From Harriotta raleighana (lineage: Eukaryota): 64,000 nucleotides of DNA. The notes beneath the pieces were generated by a model that made no database searches, was not told where the DNA came from, and was given only the letters and a program-made list of their open reading frames with translations. This document shows, piece after piece, positions 13,181 through 25,552 of this stretch; within the stretch, counting starts at the first letter, position 1, and each line of letters starts with the position of its first letter. The stretch lies in NCBI GenBank assembly GCA_050575255.1, contig JBNZDD010013610.1, forward strand, positions 2,092,366 to 2,156,365, read 5' to 3'. A program made the position numbers and the translations under genes.

Positions 13181-14002
13181 ATTTAAACAGACACGTGATT
13201 GGATCACTTGAGTATGATCTAGTCCACTCAGTTGGTAGGTTCAATACAAGTGTTCACTTTTTAGTTAAATAAACTTTTTATAGGTTGTTACACCTCTAAT
13301 TAAACTTTTGCTTTGTGTGAGCAAATTGCTCCAGGATTCTGTACCCCACAATACTAAAATGGTTACTGACAAAGCTGGAGATGCCTATGAATGAAAGAAA
13401 TCTATATACAGTAACAATGAAGAGACATTCTAATTTGTGAGGATGGTGATTTAATTGTTGTGATAAATCTGAAATATGTAAGGGAATAAAGTGATTGTAC
13501 AGGTTAAAAGGTGAAAATATTGAATTCCTAGGATCTAGGAGATATCTAAATTGAGCTAGATACCCCAAAACTGGAAAAGGCATGTATTTCAATATTGTGA
13601 TTCTAACAGCAGAAGGATACATTAAACAAGTACCAGAGAAGATGAAAAATGTGAAATCTCTGAGGAATTGTGGCCATTCAGTGGATTTTTTGAAGATATT
13701 TCAGCTCTAATTAGGCCCCATTATAACCAAAGCTGCTGAATGCATATTCATTGCGGTGGTGGGGGGAGAGAATGTTGGAGTCTGTGAGCAGTTCTCTTGA
13801 TATATGTTCTTCCTCTAGAAATAGTTCTATTAAAATAACTGCTTGTCCATAGCATTTTGTCTACTTCATATAGAATTAAAAATTACTGAAATGTGCTGAA
13901 AGTGTATTTTTTTTGTAAAATGCAGTGATTCTATGTTTTTGTCGGCAAACATATTTTTGCATTTGTATTTGATGTAATCTTCATCTTTTGAAAAACCTGC
14001 AG

Positions 14003-14086
14003 ATTGCGAGAAGGGAAGAAAAAAATTGTACTTTACAGAAGCACATAGAAGACTTGCAGGATCAGTATACCGGTTGTTACTCTGAA
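14003..14086 (+). CDS. PMFBP1: Exon 6 (84 nt, 0-0): IARREEKNCTLQKHIEDLQDQYTGCYSE
   Basis: cctgcag| acceptor, GAA|gtgagt donor. Confidence 0.85.
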
Positions 14087-14344
14087 GTGAGTGTATGTTG
14101 TATGTATGTGGTACATAGGTAAATGTAGAAATCAGCTATTTTCATAATTGCAGATTTCCATGCTTTTCAATGCACAAGAGAGGCATTTTGAAGATTTGAG
14201 CATATGTCCACTTTTCCCATTATTCAAGTCAGGCAAAGAATCTTCCTGGAGAATATGGAGAATCATGTTCAATCTATTTGCCTTAATGCGCAGAAGAGTA
14301 TCTTCTGCTCTATCAGTGTTTTAACCTGATTTTTTGCAACATTA

Positions 14345-15002
14345 TCCTCTTCATCTGCTACGACACTGCCTCACCCCTCATGCTGCTGAGATACTGGTCC
14401 ACGCCTTCATCACCTCAAGGCTGGACTATGGGAACTCTCTCCTTGTAGGCCTTCCCGGTTCCTCCATCCACAAGCTGCAGGTCATCCAGAACTCTGCAGT
14501 TCGTGTTCTCTCCCACACCAGGCTTCATGACCACATCACTCCCACCCTCGCCCGTCTCCACTGGCTCCCCATCCCCCAGAGGATCGAATTCAAGATCCTC
14601 ATCCTCACCTACAAGGCCATTCACGGCCTTGCTCCCTCCTACCTCTCTGACCTCCTATCCCCCTATCTACCTGCCCGTACCCTCCGTTCCTCTGGCACTG
14701 GTCTGCTCCACATCCCCTGCCCTAACCGTCCTACCATCGGCGGCCGGGCTTTCAGCCGCTCAGCCCCCAGGCTCTGGAACTCCATCCCCCAGTGCCTTCG
14801 CCTCGCTTCCTCCTTTTCCTTTCTTTTCGACCGTGCCTTCAACGCCCCTCTCGAGTCTCTACCCCCTCCTTGCTCCCACCCTTCCCCCCCCTCGCCCTGA
14901 ACATCTTCCCTTGCTCGGGTCCTGAACCAATCTGTCCAGCGCCTTGGGACGTCCTCCTGACGTGAAACGCGCTCTATAAGTGTAATTTTGTTGTTGTTGT
15001 TG
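14345..15002 (+). mobile_element. 5'-truncated L2-clade LINE (ORF2 C-terminus, 3' UTR, (TTG)n tail)
   Basis: [50 protein letters not shown] and [14 protein letters not shown] are typical L2 ORF2 C-terminal motifs; ends aattttgttgttgttgttg. Confidence 0.92.
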
Positions 15003-15154
15003 AATACAATTGCCTGTTTGTGTTGAATTCTGAGCACATTTATGCTGAGGACTTGGAATGAGAATATCTAAAACCATTTCATAGGACCTTCATGACCAAC
15101 ACAAAGATTTTAAAAAACATGCCCTTTAAATTTTTTCAATGCTTGTATGTGCAG

Positions 15155-15322
15155 TTGTTACACAATGAGGATGTTCTGGCGGAATTGAAGAGCAAGTTAG
15201 CAGATGTTAATGAAGAGTCAGCTGAACAAGCAGTGACTCTCTCAAATGTTACGTTGGAAAAGCAGAAGCTGGACACTGAACTCAGTATCCTTAGTGAAAA
15301 ACACATAACAGCACAGAGTGAG
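15155..15322 (+). CDS. PMFBP1: Exon 7 (168 nt, 0-0): LLHNEDVLAELKSK...ITAQSE
   Basis: tgtgcag| acceptor, GAG|gtatgt donor. Confidence 0.9.
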
Positions 15323-15969
15323 GTATGTTTCTATTACGTATTTGGTAGTTCAACAAGATTCTTCTAGTGCATATGTTACATTCTTGAAATTGCATCAAAT
15401 TTGGTTTTCATTAAGATAGGATCAACCTCTAATTATGGATCTGACAAATGAAATTATTTGAAAGACATCTGCATTTTATACGTTCGGCTTTGAAAGGAGA
15501 CATTTATTCTGTTGTATTGTGGCATAATTTCTAAATATTATAGTTGGAAACATCTGTATGCTTACTGCTGTATTTTTGTCAATATTTGTTCATTTTATAC
15601 CTCAGAAGCCACACATTTCCCCTAGACATTATAACTTAACATTTAAGATTGATAGAATTTAGGGAAATGCTTGAATTCACTTTTAATTTGGAAGTCAATT
15701 CTTTTTAAAAGCTGTGAAAATCTGGCTTCTAAATTAAGTCTTATTTTAAGAATTCTTCATAATTTAGATGTATGATCTTAAATTTTAAGACTAAATATCT
15801 TACAGGCTCAAGACAAGATAACATTCTGGGCCTCAGAATTCCAGGTCACCTGATCATTAAGCTCTGAAGCTATATTCTTTATCCACTCAGTGCAACATCT
15901 CACTAAATTTATTGTGATATCAAGCTTCACCTTGATTGAATCTCAGAAAAGTTGTTTTCTTTATGGCAG

Positions 15970-16053
15970 GTTAACACCAGGGATCAAACCATTTTGAAAC
16001 TGAAATCTGAATTAAAGACTGCTCAGGAAAACGTCAAGAGTGCATGGGAGGAG
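15970..16053 (+). CDS. PMFBP1: Exon 8 (84 nt, 0-0): VNTRDQTILKLKSELKTAQENVKSAWEE
   Basis: ttttctttatggcag| acceptor, GAG|gtaagt donor. Confidence 0.9.
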
Positions 16054-16304
16054 GTAAGTCCTATAGGCTTAGTGATGGATTTCTGCATTTATCATAATGC
16101 CAGGTTTCCCTTTCCTTTTCTTAAGGACCAGTGACTTAATTAGGTTTTAAGAGGCCTGAAAACTCCATGTTCTTAATGTTAAAACCATTGACTTGAAATT
16201 TAACATTGTGCAGAATTTTGAAAAATTTGGAAGGCGTTTTTTTACAGCTCTCAAAAGACGCTGCAGATATTCCATACTCGAGCAAAAGACTGTCAACATG
16301 CCAT

Positions 16305-16357
16305 TAATAATAAATAATAACTTGCATTTGATATAGCGCTTTTCACGTCTTCTAGAC
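16305..16357 (-). mobile_element. SINE tail fragment
   Basis: taataataaataataacttgcatttgatatagcgcttttcacgtcttctagac. Confidence 0.8.
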
Positions 16358-16442
16358 TTCACCCTGCATTATGTACATTTAACTCAATATGACTCACAAA
16401 TATGTTCCTCTTGTTTTTTTGTCATTGATTATGAATCCAATA

Positions 16443-16652
16443 TTTTACTCCACACGCCTAATAATAACCTCTAAAAAAAAATTTGGTCATTTTATTCCAC
16501 GACTGTTTGTGAGACACTGATGTGCACAAATCTGCTGCCGTGTTTCGCGCACAAATATATAGTCAATTCATTTTACAGTATATTCTGTGAAGCACTTTGA
16601 GACGTCTAGAAGACGTGAAAAGCGCTAAATCAAATGCAAGCATTATTATTAT
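16443..16652 (+). mobile_element. SINE lacking tRNA head
   Basis: ttactccacacgcctaataataa...gactgtttgtgagacactg...gacgtgaaaagcgctaaatcaaatgcaagcattattatt. Confidence 0.85.
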
Positions 16653-16989
16653 ATCTGCTCCATTATTTTTCAAAAATTATGAAGACTAACAAACTGAATT
16701 AGTATCTGGTGCTTTAGTTGCTTGCCAAATATATATGATTTAAAGATAGTTTGTTGTTGGTAAGAACACTTATGGGCCAAGTGAACTAAAGATGAAGTTA
16801 CTCAATTTGTTAGTCGAAATTTGTGCTGGCACTCAACTAATCGCAAAGATTTGTCCATAAAATTCCACATTTCAGTGGATGAGAACCCTCATTTCATTTT
16901 GAGAATGATTAACACAGATATTTTTGATCTTGTCTACCTCCTTCATACACTTCCTGAAACAGTGGGGCAAACCAACTTGGTGCAATTTA

Positions 16990-17600
16990 TAAAATGTATA
17001 AAGTGCTGGGAAGCTCCTCGAGGCAAGTTCCCAAGCAGGACATGTCTGTATTCCTTTCAGTTCAGTGGTTCTGTCAAGATGTTTTCTGTCCAGGTCTGGC
17101 ATTCTGTTAAGTGTAATGTCAGTAAAGAAGGCGTCAAGATCACTTTCCATTGATCCATATTCTGAGGAGTATAGATGTGAGCAGAATGCTTTCAACTTGG
17201 TAGTGATTCTCTCACAGGACGTGATTAGTTGGCCAGAGCTGTCCCTCAGGGCCAAAATTAGGGTAGAACTATCCATCACCCTAATAAATCTTGCTTTGAC
17301 TTCCTTGTCTTCTCCACATGCTTATTACAGTTGATTTTTGATCAAAATAATAATCATTCTGTCTTCTCACTCGCTAACCTTTTAAATCTGTATTTCTTCA
17401 CTATTAATGCCCTTCTAAGAGCAGGGCATGTCTGCACTTGAGCTCTCTAACCTATCATCCTTCCTTTTCTGCCTACTGTGTGTGACATGATCCTTCCACT
17501 GAGGCAAACTTTAAAGTATTCCAGAAGACTCTATGTCTCACTGTCTATAGGCATTATTCTGGATGTATTCTAATTTCCTGAAATACATCAAAGTAGATAG
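16990..17600 (-). mobile_element. Decayed L1-clade LINE ORF2 fragment (region between endonuclease and RT)
   Basis: Minus strand gives LEYFKVCLSGRI (cf. WEAFKAxLRGxII) and ILALRDSSGQLIT...KAFCSHLYSSE...LDAFFTDITLNRM, typical of fish L1 ORF2. Confidence 0.7.
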
Positions 17601-19004
17601 TGTGGGACCTTGACATACTGCGGATACTTATGATAGCACATGTGTCCATGAAGGTTAGGTAATGTTATTTTCTGGAGTAACTATTATGAACTAGGATAAG
17701 AAGCTATCCTTCTTTCTAATTGAGATGTACCATGGTATATCATTTATGCCATGTTTTAGATTGTAGATTGACAGAAGTGTTTCAAATAATAATGCACAAT
17801 TTGTTGAAATGTTTTTCCCCACAAAACACAGGAAAGGTTTGTTACGAGATTCCGAACTGGAAAAAAATAGGGCTTTGGCATTTGTGGGGATAGATATTAT
17901 CTGGTTTAACAAGGCACAGCTGACCACTTCATAAGATAAGTATCATTCTTGTCATTGCTCAGGTCACAGTGAATGATGACAATGGAAGGATTATTATTAT
18001 TATTATTCAACCTTTCCTAAACAAAAGGTTGGTGTCCATGGTTGTATCCTTACATGTTTTGTGAGCTCTTTATCTCTGAGGTGTAATCATTCGCAGACGT
18101 AAAGGAACAAGAGCGATCTCATGTGTCTCGTACTCCAGCTTGTTTTTTACCAGTTCCCCCAACCTGTACATGTTTATCTCATTTGTGGTACCTGACACCA
18201 TTTGCTATGGAAGTTCTTGTCTTATTTGATTATTGGCAAGGTTTATGCGAGACTTTCTCAAACTTCAAGAGAAATACAAAATGCAACTCTATAGTTTCAA
18301 GAATCCACTCTTTCAAGGTGATGTAGATCAGAGACCTCAACAACTCCTAAGATTCCCACTGATTGCATTCCGTAATAGTGCTCTTCCAACTCTATCCTTC
18401 ACATTCACTAAGTGTTTTTCTTTCCAGGCATCAGATTAATGGCTCGTCACAATCCCTATTTAATTTGGAATTTAATCCTGTGATCTCTGCTTTGTGAAGC
18501 TAATATCTGGAATTCAACTGTCAGAAAGACGGAACCTGTTTTCTATCAACTTGTGATGGTGCATGTTGCTGTTTCAGTGCACTATTCCACACATCTTAAA
18601 TCATTGAGAAATATTGTCTTTAAATTACCTTGGAAGCTAGTGTTGTCAAAGCAACATTGTATCTCTCAAACTCTGTCAGATAGTAACTTTAAATTTTATA
18701 AGTAGTACAAATAATTTATATGAAATGACATCTTCCTCACCCTGTAGATTTGGCTGAAAACTTTTATGTAGGAATTTTTTTTAGTTAAATGACAGGTTCT
18801 GAAAGCAGAAGCATATAATAGTATCGTCTTTTTGTTTGTGCATTGTACATTTGTGGCTTTATTTATTTATTTGTTTATTCAATTATTCATTCATTTCTTT
18901 CATTTATTCATAAGTGTACTGCGTTTGGGAAGCTCATTATAGCCCAAGGGCATGTTTCCAAAAAAAATGTGTATGTGACTTGTTTGTAATTATTCTTTGA
19001 TCAG

Positions 19005-19049
19005 ACTCGAAAAGTTACTCATTGTAAAATTGAAGGTCTTCTAGAAAAA
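19005..19049 (+). CDS. Candidate optional small exon (45 nt, 0-0): TRKVTHCKIEGLLEK
   Basis: tattctttgatcag| acceptor, AAA|gtaagg donor, frame-preserving with no stop; no homology support. Confidence 0.3.
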
Positions 19050-19211
19050 GTAAGGTTTCTGATTATAGCCAAGTTACTGTCAAGTTTGATCCTAACTGTT
19101 AAAGATGTTAAATATAATACATTTTCAGCAACCGACTTGAGTCTTGCCCATCATATATCTCATACCCTTTATATTCTTCTTCTTCACTACATTATGTGAG
19201 TTGAATATATT

Positions 19212-19310
19212 TTTCCCACAAAATGCTCGGTCAATTTACTTTGCAGTCTCAAAGACGTGATAAAGTGCTAAATCAAATGGAAGGATTAATACTATTATTA
19301 TTAATAATAT
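19212..19310 (+). mobile_element. SINE 3' fragment with internal deletion
   Basis: cccacaaaat..gtcaatttactttgcagt|ctcaaagacgtgataaagtgctaaatcaaatggaaggatta. Confidence 0.65.
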
Positions 19311-20344
19311 CTAGTTTTTGATTAACACTAAGAGTGCTGACAGGATTTTTAAAATTCCTGTCTTCATTTAAATTCTAAAATGTAAAACTTTACATGCGTT
19401 CTTCCTGCCACCCCTTGTTTTTCAATCTGTTTCTTTTCTTCCCTATTCTCACTTTGTCTTTTTTATTTTAACTTTTAGTTAAACAATTTCCTCCTTGCTT
19501 TTTCTCGCTGACTTGACTTGTCTTGTGAATGACTGAAAATCTATTTCGTCCCTCCTTGCCAAAACACATCTTTTGCTTGAGGATTGGCTGAGTACCAATG
19601 GATTTCAAAATCAGAGAGGTTTCTTTATCTCCTCGCCTCACAATGAGAAACAAGTATTTTATCCCAATCCATGAGTTTTAAAAAACCTTAACCTATTTGA
19701 ACCTATTCATTAAACATTATCAAACAAAAATGTTAAAGAAGGTTAACATAAATATTAATCTTTCTAATCTATGTATATGCTGAGGGGTTGGGGGAGGTCA
19801 TTATATGGTGTGTCAAAAGATAATAATGAAAAAAAGTTATTTGCTTTGTATATGTAATTCTTATCTACCTTCAGGGCAACCAATCAGGCTCCTTTAATGA
19901 CATTGTTATGCATCAGTGTTTCCCCTGTCAAAGTGCTTGTGTATATGAAAGTATTAGCAAATGTTATTGAAGAAGCATAATTGTGGATCAAGAGTTGACA
20001 AAAGCATAGATGTTGTAATACAGCAAGAGACTAAATACAGTACAAGCCGTGGGTTGTTGAGTTTCCATGGTGTTAATATCCTAAAGAGACCAGAGATTTA
20101 TTTTATTGCGGTTATAAAGGACTTATTAACAGTATTTACCACAAGAGTGAACCTGCTTATTCTTTCAATTAGTACATGTACTTGCCATTTCAATATACAG
20201 TGTCATGTCCACATTTTTAAAGATAATATTAATTGAAGTCACTATGTATTGTTAGAGAATTCCAAATGGCTGGTAATGTTATAGGAATGGAAACTTTTGC
20301 CTTCAGTTTCTCTTGGTGTTTTGGTCAAAAATCCCCCAGAACAA

Positions 20345-20512
20345 AATGGCCATTCATTTCATGGCTGTGTGTTGGACATTGCTGTGTGCAAATTGGCTAC
20401 CACATTCACCTACAGATCCAGTCAGTACAGTTTAGAGTAAAGCACTTTGGGAAGTTTTGAACATACCATAAGGCACTATACCAAATGCAAGGATTATTAT
20501 TTATTATTATTG
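20345..20512 (+). mobile_element. Diverged SINE 3' half
   Basis: ggacattgctgtgtgcaaattggct...gcactataccaaatgcaaggattattat. Confidence 0.75.
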
Positions 20513-21094
20513 TTAGTATTCACTTGCAGAATTTGAATTATAAGTATTTACAAAGATGTTTATATAAAGCACACTCCAAATGCTTCACAAATTTATGCTC
20601 AAATTTGTCTGTCTACCAGGAAGTAGGAAAACATAATTGCGTATTAAAGAGAATATTGAAAATTTAGAACCAAGGGGGTTAATTGGCAAGATTACAAACT
20701 GGAAATTGTCACTCGCTTCCTATCTTCTTCATCTGACCTTTTATCTTTCAAAATTATAACAATTAAAATTGGAATAAAGTGTATTCATTTCTGTCAGTTT
20801 TATATGGGAAAAATTACGTGATATTTGAAAATGATTTACATGAACTTTTTTCTCATATTGAAGCAACCGGCATGACATTAATTTTTAATGATTTCTTTCT
20901 GCTTCATTTGGAAAGAGATTGTGGCAACGCATTTTCCAGGTAATCAGGCGTATAGCCCTGTACAAAATAATAAGCAGTATGCCGACAATTTCCAAAAAAA
21001 AAGAGTGAAAAAGGTTGAGGTCAGTGACTAAAGGTGAAGCAGTAATGTATTCATTGCTGGCAAATTACTAGGACATTTGCTTTCTTTCCTCTAG

Positions 21095-21106
21095 CTTAGA
21101 AAACAG
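21095..21106 (+). CDS. Candidate micro-exon (12 nt, 0-0): LRKQ
   Basis: tttgctttctttcctctag|CTTAGAAAACAG|gtatgt: strong pyrimidine tract and consensus-like donor, frame-preserving. Confidence 0.4.
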
Positions 21107-24100
21107 GTATGTTTAATCATCCAGGGATATTGGAATTCTGATTGACCAGCACTCTCCTAGAAAAGTGTTTCTTAATTTTGATTGATGAAGCGGTTTATCT
21201 TAGACATTTTTTTCCACTCTGCATCATGAAAATGATATTAGAAACTAAATGAGATTCAGAATTTCCTGTTTGACAAGCTTGGTTGATGAAAGGGTTCCAT
21301 GTCAAGGTCTGACACACTAAAATTATATGCAAATACTGTTTGAGCTCCATTCAAAATTAATCAAGGGGCAAAAAAGCAGACTATCATAGGAGCATGTTCA
21401 TATTTCTGGCTCATTTTAAATTGCCAAAGGGTGTTTTCAGATTAGTTAGTTTGAGAAATTGGGGTTTGACAACGATGCTAAAGCTCAGTTTAGCCGGATT
21501 TTTGATGACTAACGCTTTAATTTTCTTTTTCTTCACAAATTTGCTGGCATTTATTTTTATCCTTGTGTTTTTAAAATTGTTGACATAATTTTCATGCTCT
21601 CTTAATCGTCCCAAATCAACATTTCACTTTAAATAAATATATTCTAGCCCAGACACCTTCTTTTCATCATTTGAAGACTCATTATATTGCTTTTTAAAAT
21701 ATTAATGGTAATATTCAATGCATATTATACATGAAAAATAAAAAGATGAAGGGAAATGCAATTTCATTGTTAAAAATGCCCTAATTGTGCATCATTACAG
21801 TACCATCCATTACATTTTAAGCATATTTTGTGTGCTAATATATAAAAGTGTAATTCTAATTTGTCAAATAACCCAAGTTTTCCCAAATATGCAGCTCAAG
21901 TGGACAAAAAACAAAAGTGCAGATAATAAAATAAGTAGTAGGCACAAAATAAAATTGAGTTAATTGGCAGAGATTTGGGATGAACAAAGGTTGGATAAAC
22001 TAATTGTGGCAAGACATATAGAACAAATGAAAATAAAAGCAGAAAAAAAGATGTGTATCCTCATGGGAGACAGATCAGTTACTCAAAAACAGATGATGAA
22101 ACATAGCTGATAAAGAACGTCAACTAAAAATATTGTGGCATTCAACTTTAAAATGTCAATGTAAATAAATTCTTCTGACTCTTCAAATGCTTGATTAATC
22201 TGTAACAAGTAGGGAATATGGAAGGGAAACATTTCACTGGTTACATAGCTTTAGGCTTTTCCTTTATTCTCACTTTGTTTGCATGTTGAATTGTAGCAAG
22301 GTACATTCTCGTACGATGTACCTCAGAGTATTTTTAAAGCACGCAGTATAATATGGTATGCTTTCATTAATGAAGAATAATGAACAGCTATACCGTATTT
22401 TATCTCTGAAGACACTTACCAGTTCTAAATAGCAGAATAAGCCTGTACGCTACATATCAAATTACTTTAGCTATTTATCCTCCCAGATTTTTCATTTGTA
22501 ATGCTGTAATGCAGTGTCCATTTGCTGTGAACTACTAACAGAATCATCTGAAAGATGGATGCTTTGAATGTATTGAATTATGATAAATAACACAGAAGCT
22601 CAGTTAAATAAAACTAAATACAAGTAGAATCATTTTGAAGACATCTTTGCTAATCAGAGTGAAAGAGTAAACTTTAGACTAATCTATTTTAAGATTCCTC
22701 AGCATGGGCTGTAAACTCATGGCCCACCTTTTCCTACTTTAGCTTTCCCGTCTTTTGCAGGACTGTGTCACTTTGGGTACACATTAATCACGGGTTCCCA
22801 CTCAACTCACTCAGACCAGCCCAAGAATCAAGCCTGAAACCTCCTGATCCATGCACTATTTTTTTTACGTCTATCTAAAATAATCTGTGAATAACACATA
22901 GGGCATCCATTTTAATACCTTCCTTTGAATTTTATTTTTAATTGTTTATGTTTTATTAGATCTCAACTGGCTTAAAATTTTTGTATATAATTAATGGAAG
23001 AAGATTTCAAACACAGTAGATCTCGTGAAGGGAAAGGGATCTTGACTCTATTAAGGATTTTGTATCCCTAGTCATCTATATCTTCATTGCAGAATGTTGA
23101 TTTTTAAGAAGGTAGCTACTGTTCTCTTCCTGATCATAGTCGTCTTCAATAAAACAAAGAGCGACCGAGGGAACTTTCTCTCACTCCTCTGGCAGGACTA
23201 CTTTGCGCGGAGACACACATATGAGTAGCCCAGGAAGACTCCATCTGGCTGTNTCTCTCACTCCTCTGGCAGGACTACTTTGCGCGGAGACACACATATG
23301 AGTAGAATTCCACTCAGTGGCGTACTTTAATGGCACAACCATTACCAGAAATTTACTTTCAACATTCTAGAGGGAACAGAGAGAATATATACTGAGGTGA
23401 ATTATGGGTGTGAGCCCTCATGTTCCTCTTCCATATATAATTAATGAAGTGTGATTTGTGAGTGGGTAACATAATTTCTTCTTTCTCCACAGAGATTATT
23501 TTATTTTCCCGACTCCTGTGTTATTTGTTTGGGATATGGAGAATAGCACTATAATTGGATTTACTCTCAAGGCACTTAATGATGAATAATCCACCGAAAT
23601 GCACAAAATTTAATTATACTGTATTGAATTTTTTTTTTAAATGCTTTCCTCGTCAATACATAGTCAATGAATGGAAGCTTAAATTGCCAGTGTCCTGAAA
23701 GCAGTGCTATTTTGCTTAGTATGTATGATTGACAGTCATTTGCAAGAATGCTTTAGTTGCCTACATGGAATTATTTAAAAATGCAAACTTTCAAACAATA
23801 CTGAAGGGGGTTACTACCAGATGCCACTTGATCACTATCTGAAAGGAAGAGTGACAACGGAAAGTGGGATGTTGTACAAGTTGCACTTTATGCCACAGTA
23901 TTGTCATCCTTCACTGTGAACCGAGCAACAAATTAAATATTGGTAATAGTACCTGTCCTCTCTTGGATCTGAGTATGGGTGCAAGTCATTTACCTAATCA
24001 ATTTTCAATAAGCCTCCTTTTATACACAGAGATCAAATATGTGCTAAGATTACATTTTTTGTGAATTCCACAAATTAAATGCTGTCTGAAAGACTTGCCA

Positions 24101-25025
24101 TGTATTAAAAGTGCATTATGATACCATTTATATTAAAAGGTTAATAGGTTGCTGGCATTTAACGACTTAGATAGATCTAATATTAGCCAATGCATCTATA
24201 TTTTTGTGGTATAACCTACTCAATCAGCAGCAGTGATAGACTGGGCGATAGTTATCTCACTCCAAAGATGGCTGTTGTTGGAGGAATAAAACAAAACACA
24301 TGTCCTGTTATTCTTCATAACTAAAATCTGTTTTAAACACTGACAACATTTAATATTTAACAAGCTGATGTTAAGCTGGAATAATATAATCTTTACTGGT
24401 TAAATACATTTTAAGTAGACACTGCTCCCCAAAAGATCCAAGTGTTTGATTTATGAATTTCACATTACTCCACCATTTAATGTGTTCATCACCATAAATA
24501 TGAAGAGTACTAATCATAGATGCACAAAAATCATACGTATGAATGTTGAACTCTGTAACTCAAAACTTGTAAAATTGACCTATTCAAGACAGTATAAACT
24601 AAAACGAAAGTGAAATCATGCCAACTGTTCCTCACTTTGTAAGATTTTCACATATTTACACTAAAGCGACAACCTATATGCTCTCATTTTATAACAAACA
24701 TATTCAGTATTCACAGACACACACATACACAAACACAGATTGACAGGGGCATTGTTTTCACAAAGTCCTAGGCAACAAACATACACACCAAATCAGTACA
24801 GAGTGTGGCTTGTGATTTTAACATTCATGGATAACACTGGCATGTTTGTATCTTAACCCTTTGAATTGGGCAGAATAAGGACTTAATTTTTATACTTTGG
24901 ACAATTACTGTATATCAGTGCTGTTGGTGGCTTTCATTTACAGAATTTACTTGAACAGTATTTACTTGACTGAACAACTGAATTATGTTTCTTCTCTTCC
25001 CTCCCCTTTTACATGTCAGCTGCGA

Positions 25026-25138
25026 GTCATTCCATATGTGGTCCTTTCCAAATTTACAACACTTTATTTATTCAAAACTGCATGTCATTCCATATGTGGT
25101 TCTTTCCAAAATTACAACACTTTATTTATTCAAAACTG
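25026..25138 (+). repeat. Tandem duplication, 58-bp period, 2 copies
   Basis: gtcattccatatgtggt[c/t]ctttccaaa[t/a]ttacaacactttatttattcaaaactg occurs at 25026 and 25084. Confidence 0.95.
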
Positions 25139-25309
25139 ATAGGATTATTTTGAAAGGAAATTTTTCAGTTACCGCAAGAACATGTCCCAAATGACTGCAT
25201 ATTTCGTTGAAAGCTCCCCTTCACTGGTACAGATGGTATGTACGTAGAGTAAGCTGCAAGAAACAAAAGCTAATGTGAGACCTATCAAATTTTGTTTGTG
25301 CGTCCTTAG

Positions 25310-25552
25310 AGTCAGAATCAGGAGAAATCCATGAATCAGCTTCAGAAAGAACTGGAAGCCAGCAAACGGGCACATGAATCAGAAATGGACCGCTTCACCC
25401 GTGAAAATGCTCAACTTCAGAAGGAGCTAGATTCTTGTACCAAGGAATTGCAGGAGAGAATGGCCAAAATGCAGCAGTACAAATGCACAGTGGACGTGCT
25501 AAATGCTGACCTACAGCGCGGACATCAGCTTCATCAAGAGGTGGTAGATGAA
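25310..25552 (+). CDS. PMFBP1: Exon 9 (243 nt, 0-0): SQNQEKSMNQLQKE...HQEVVDE
   Basis: cgtccttag| acceptor, GAA|gtaagg donor. Confidence 0.9.

Noticed and set aside
14334-15077. Five overlapping ORFs on both strands
   Set aside because: All fall in a C-rich L2 fragment; only the + frame with L2 motifs is meaningful, and it lacks RT.
17832-17935. Peptide GLLRDSELEKNR resembling a missing rod module
   Set aside because: Not in phase 0 with the nearby acceptor; the phase-0 frame stops after 12 codons and there is no donor.
23465-23545. Strong acceptor-like tttcttctttctccacag
   Set aside because: The phase-0 frame is not coiled coil, hits a stop, and has no convincing donor.
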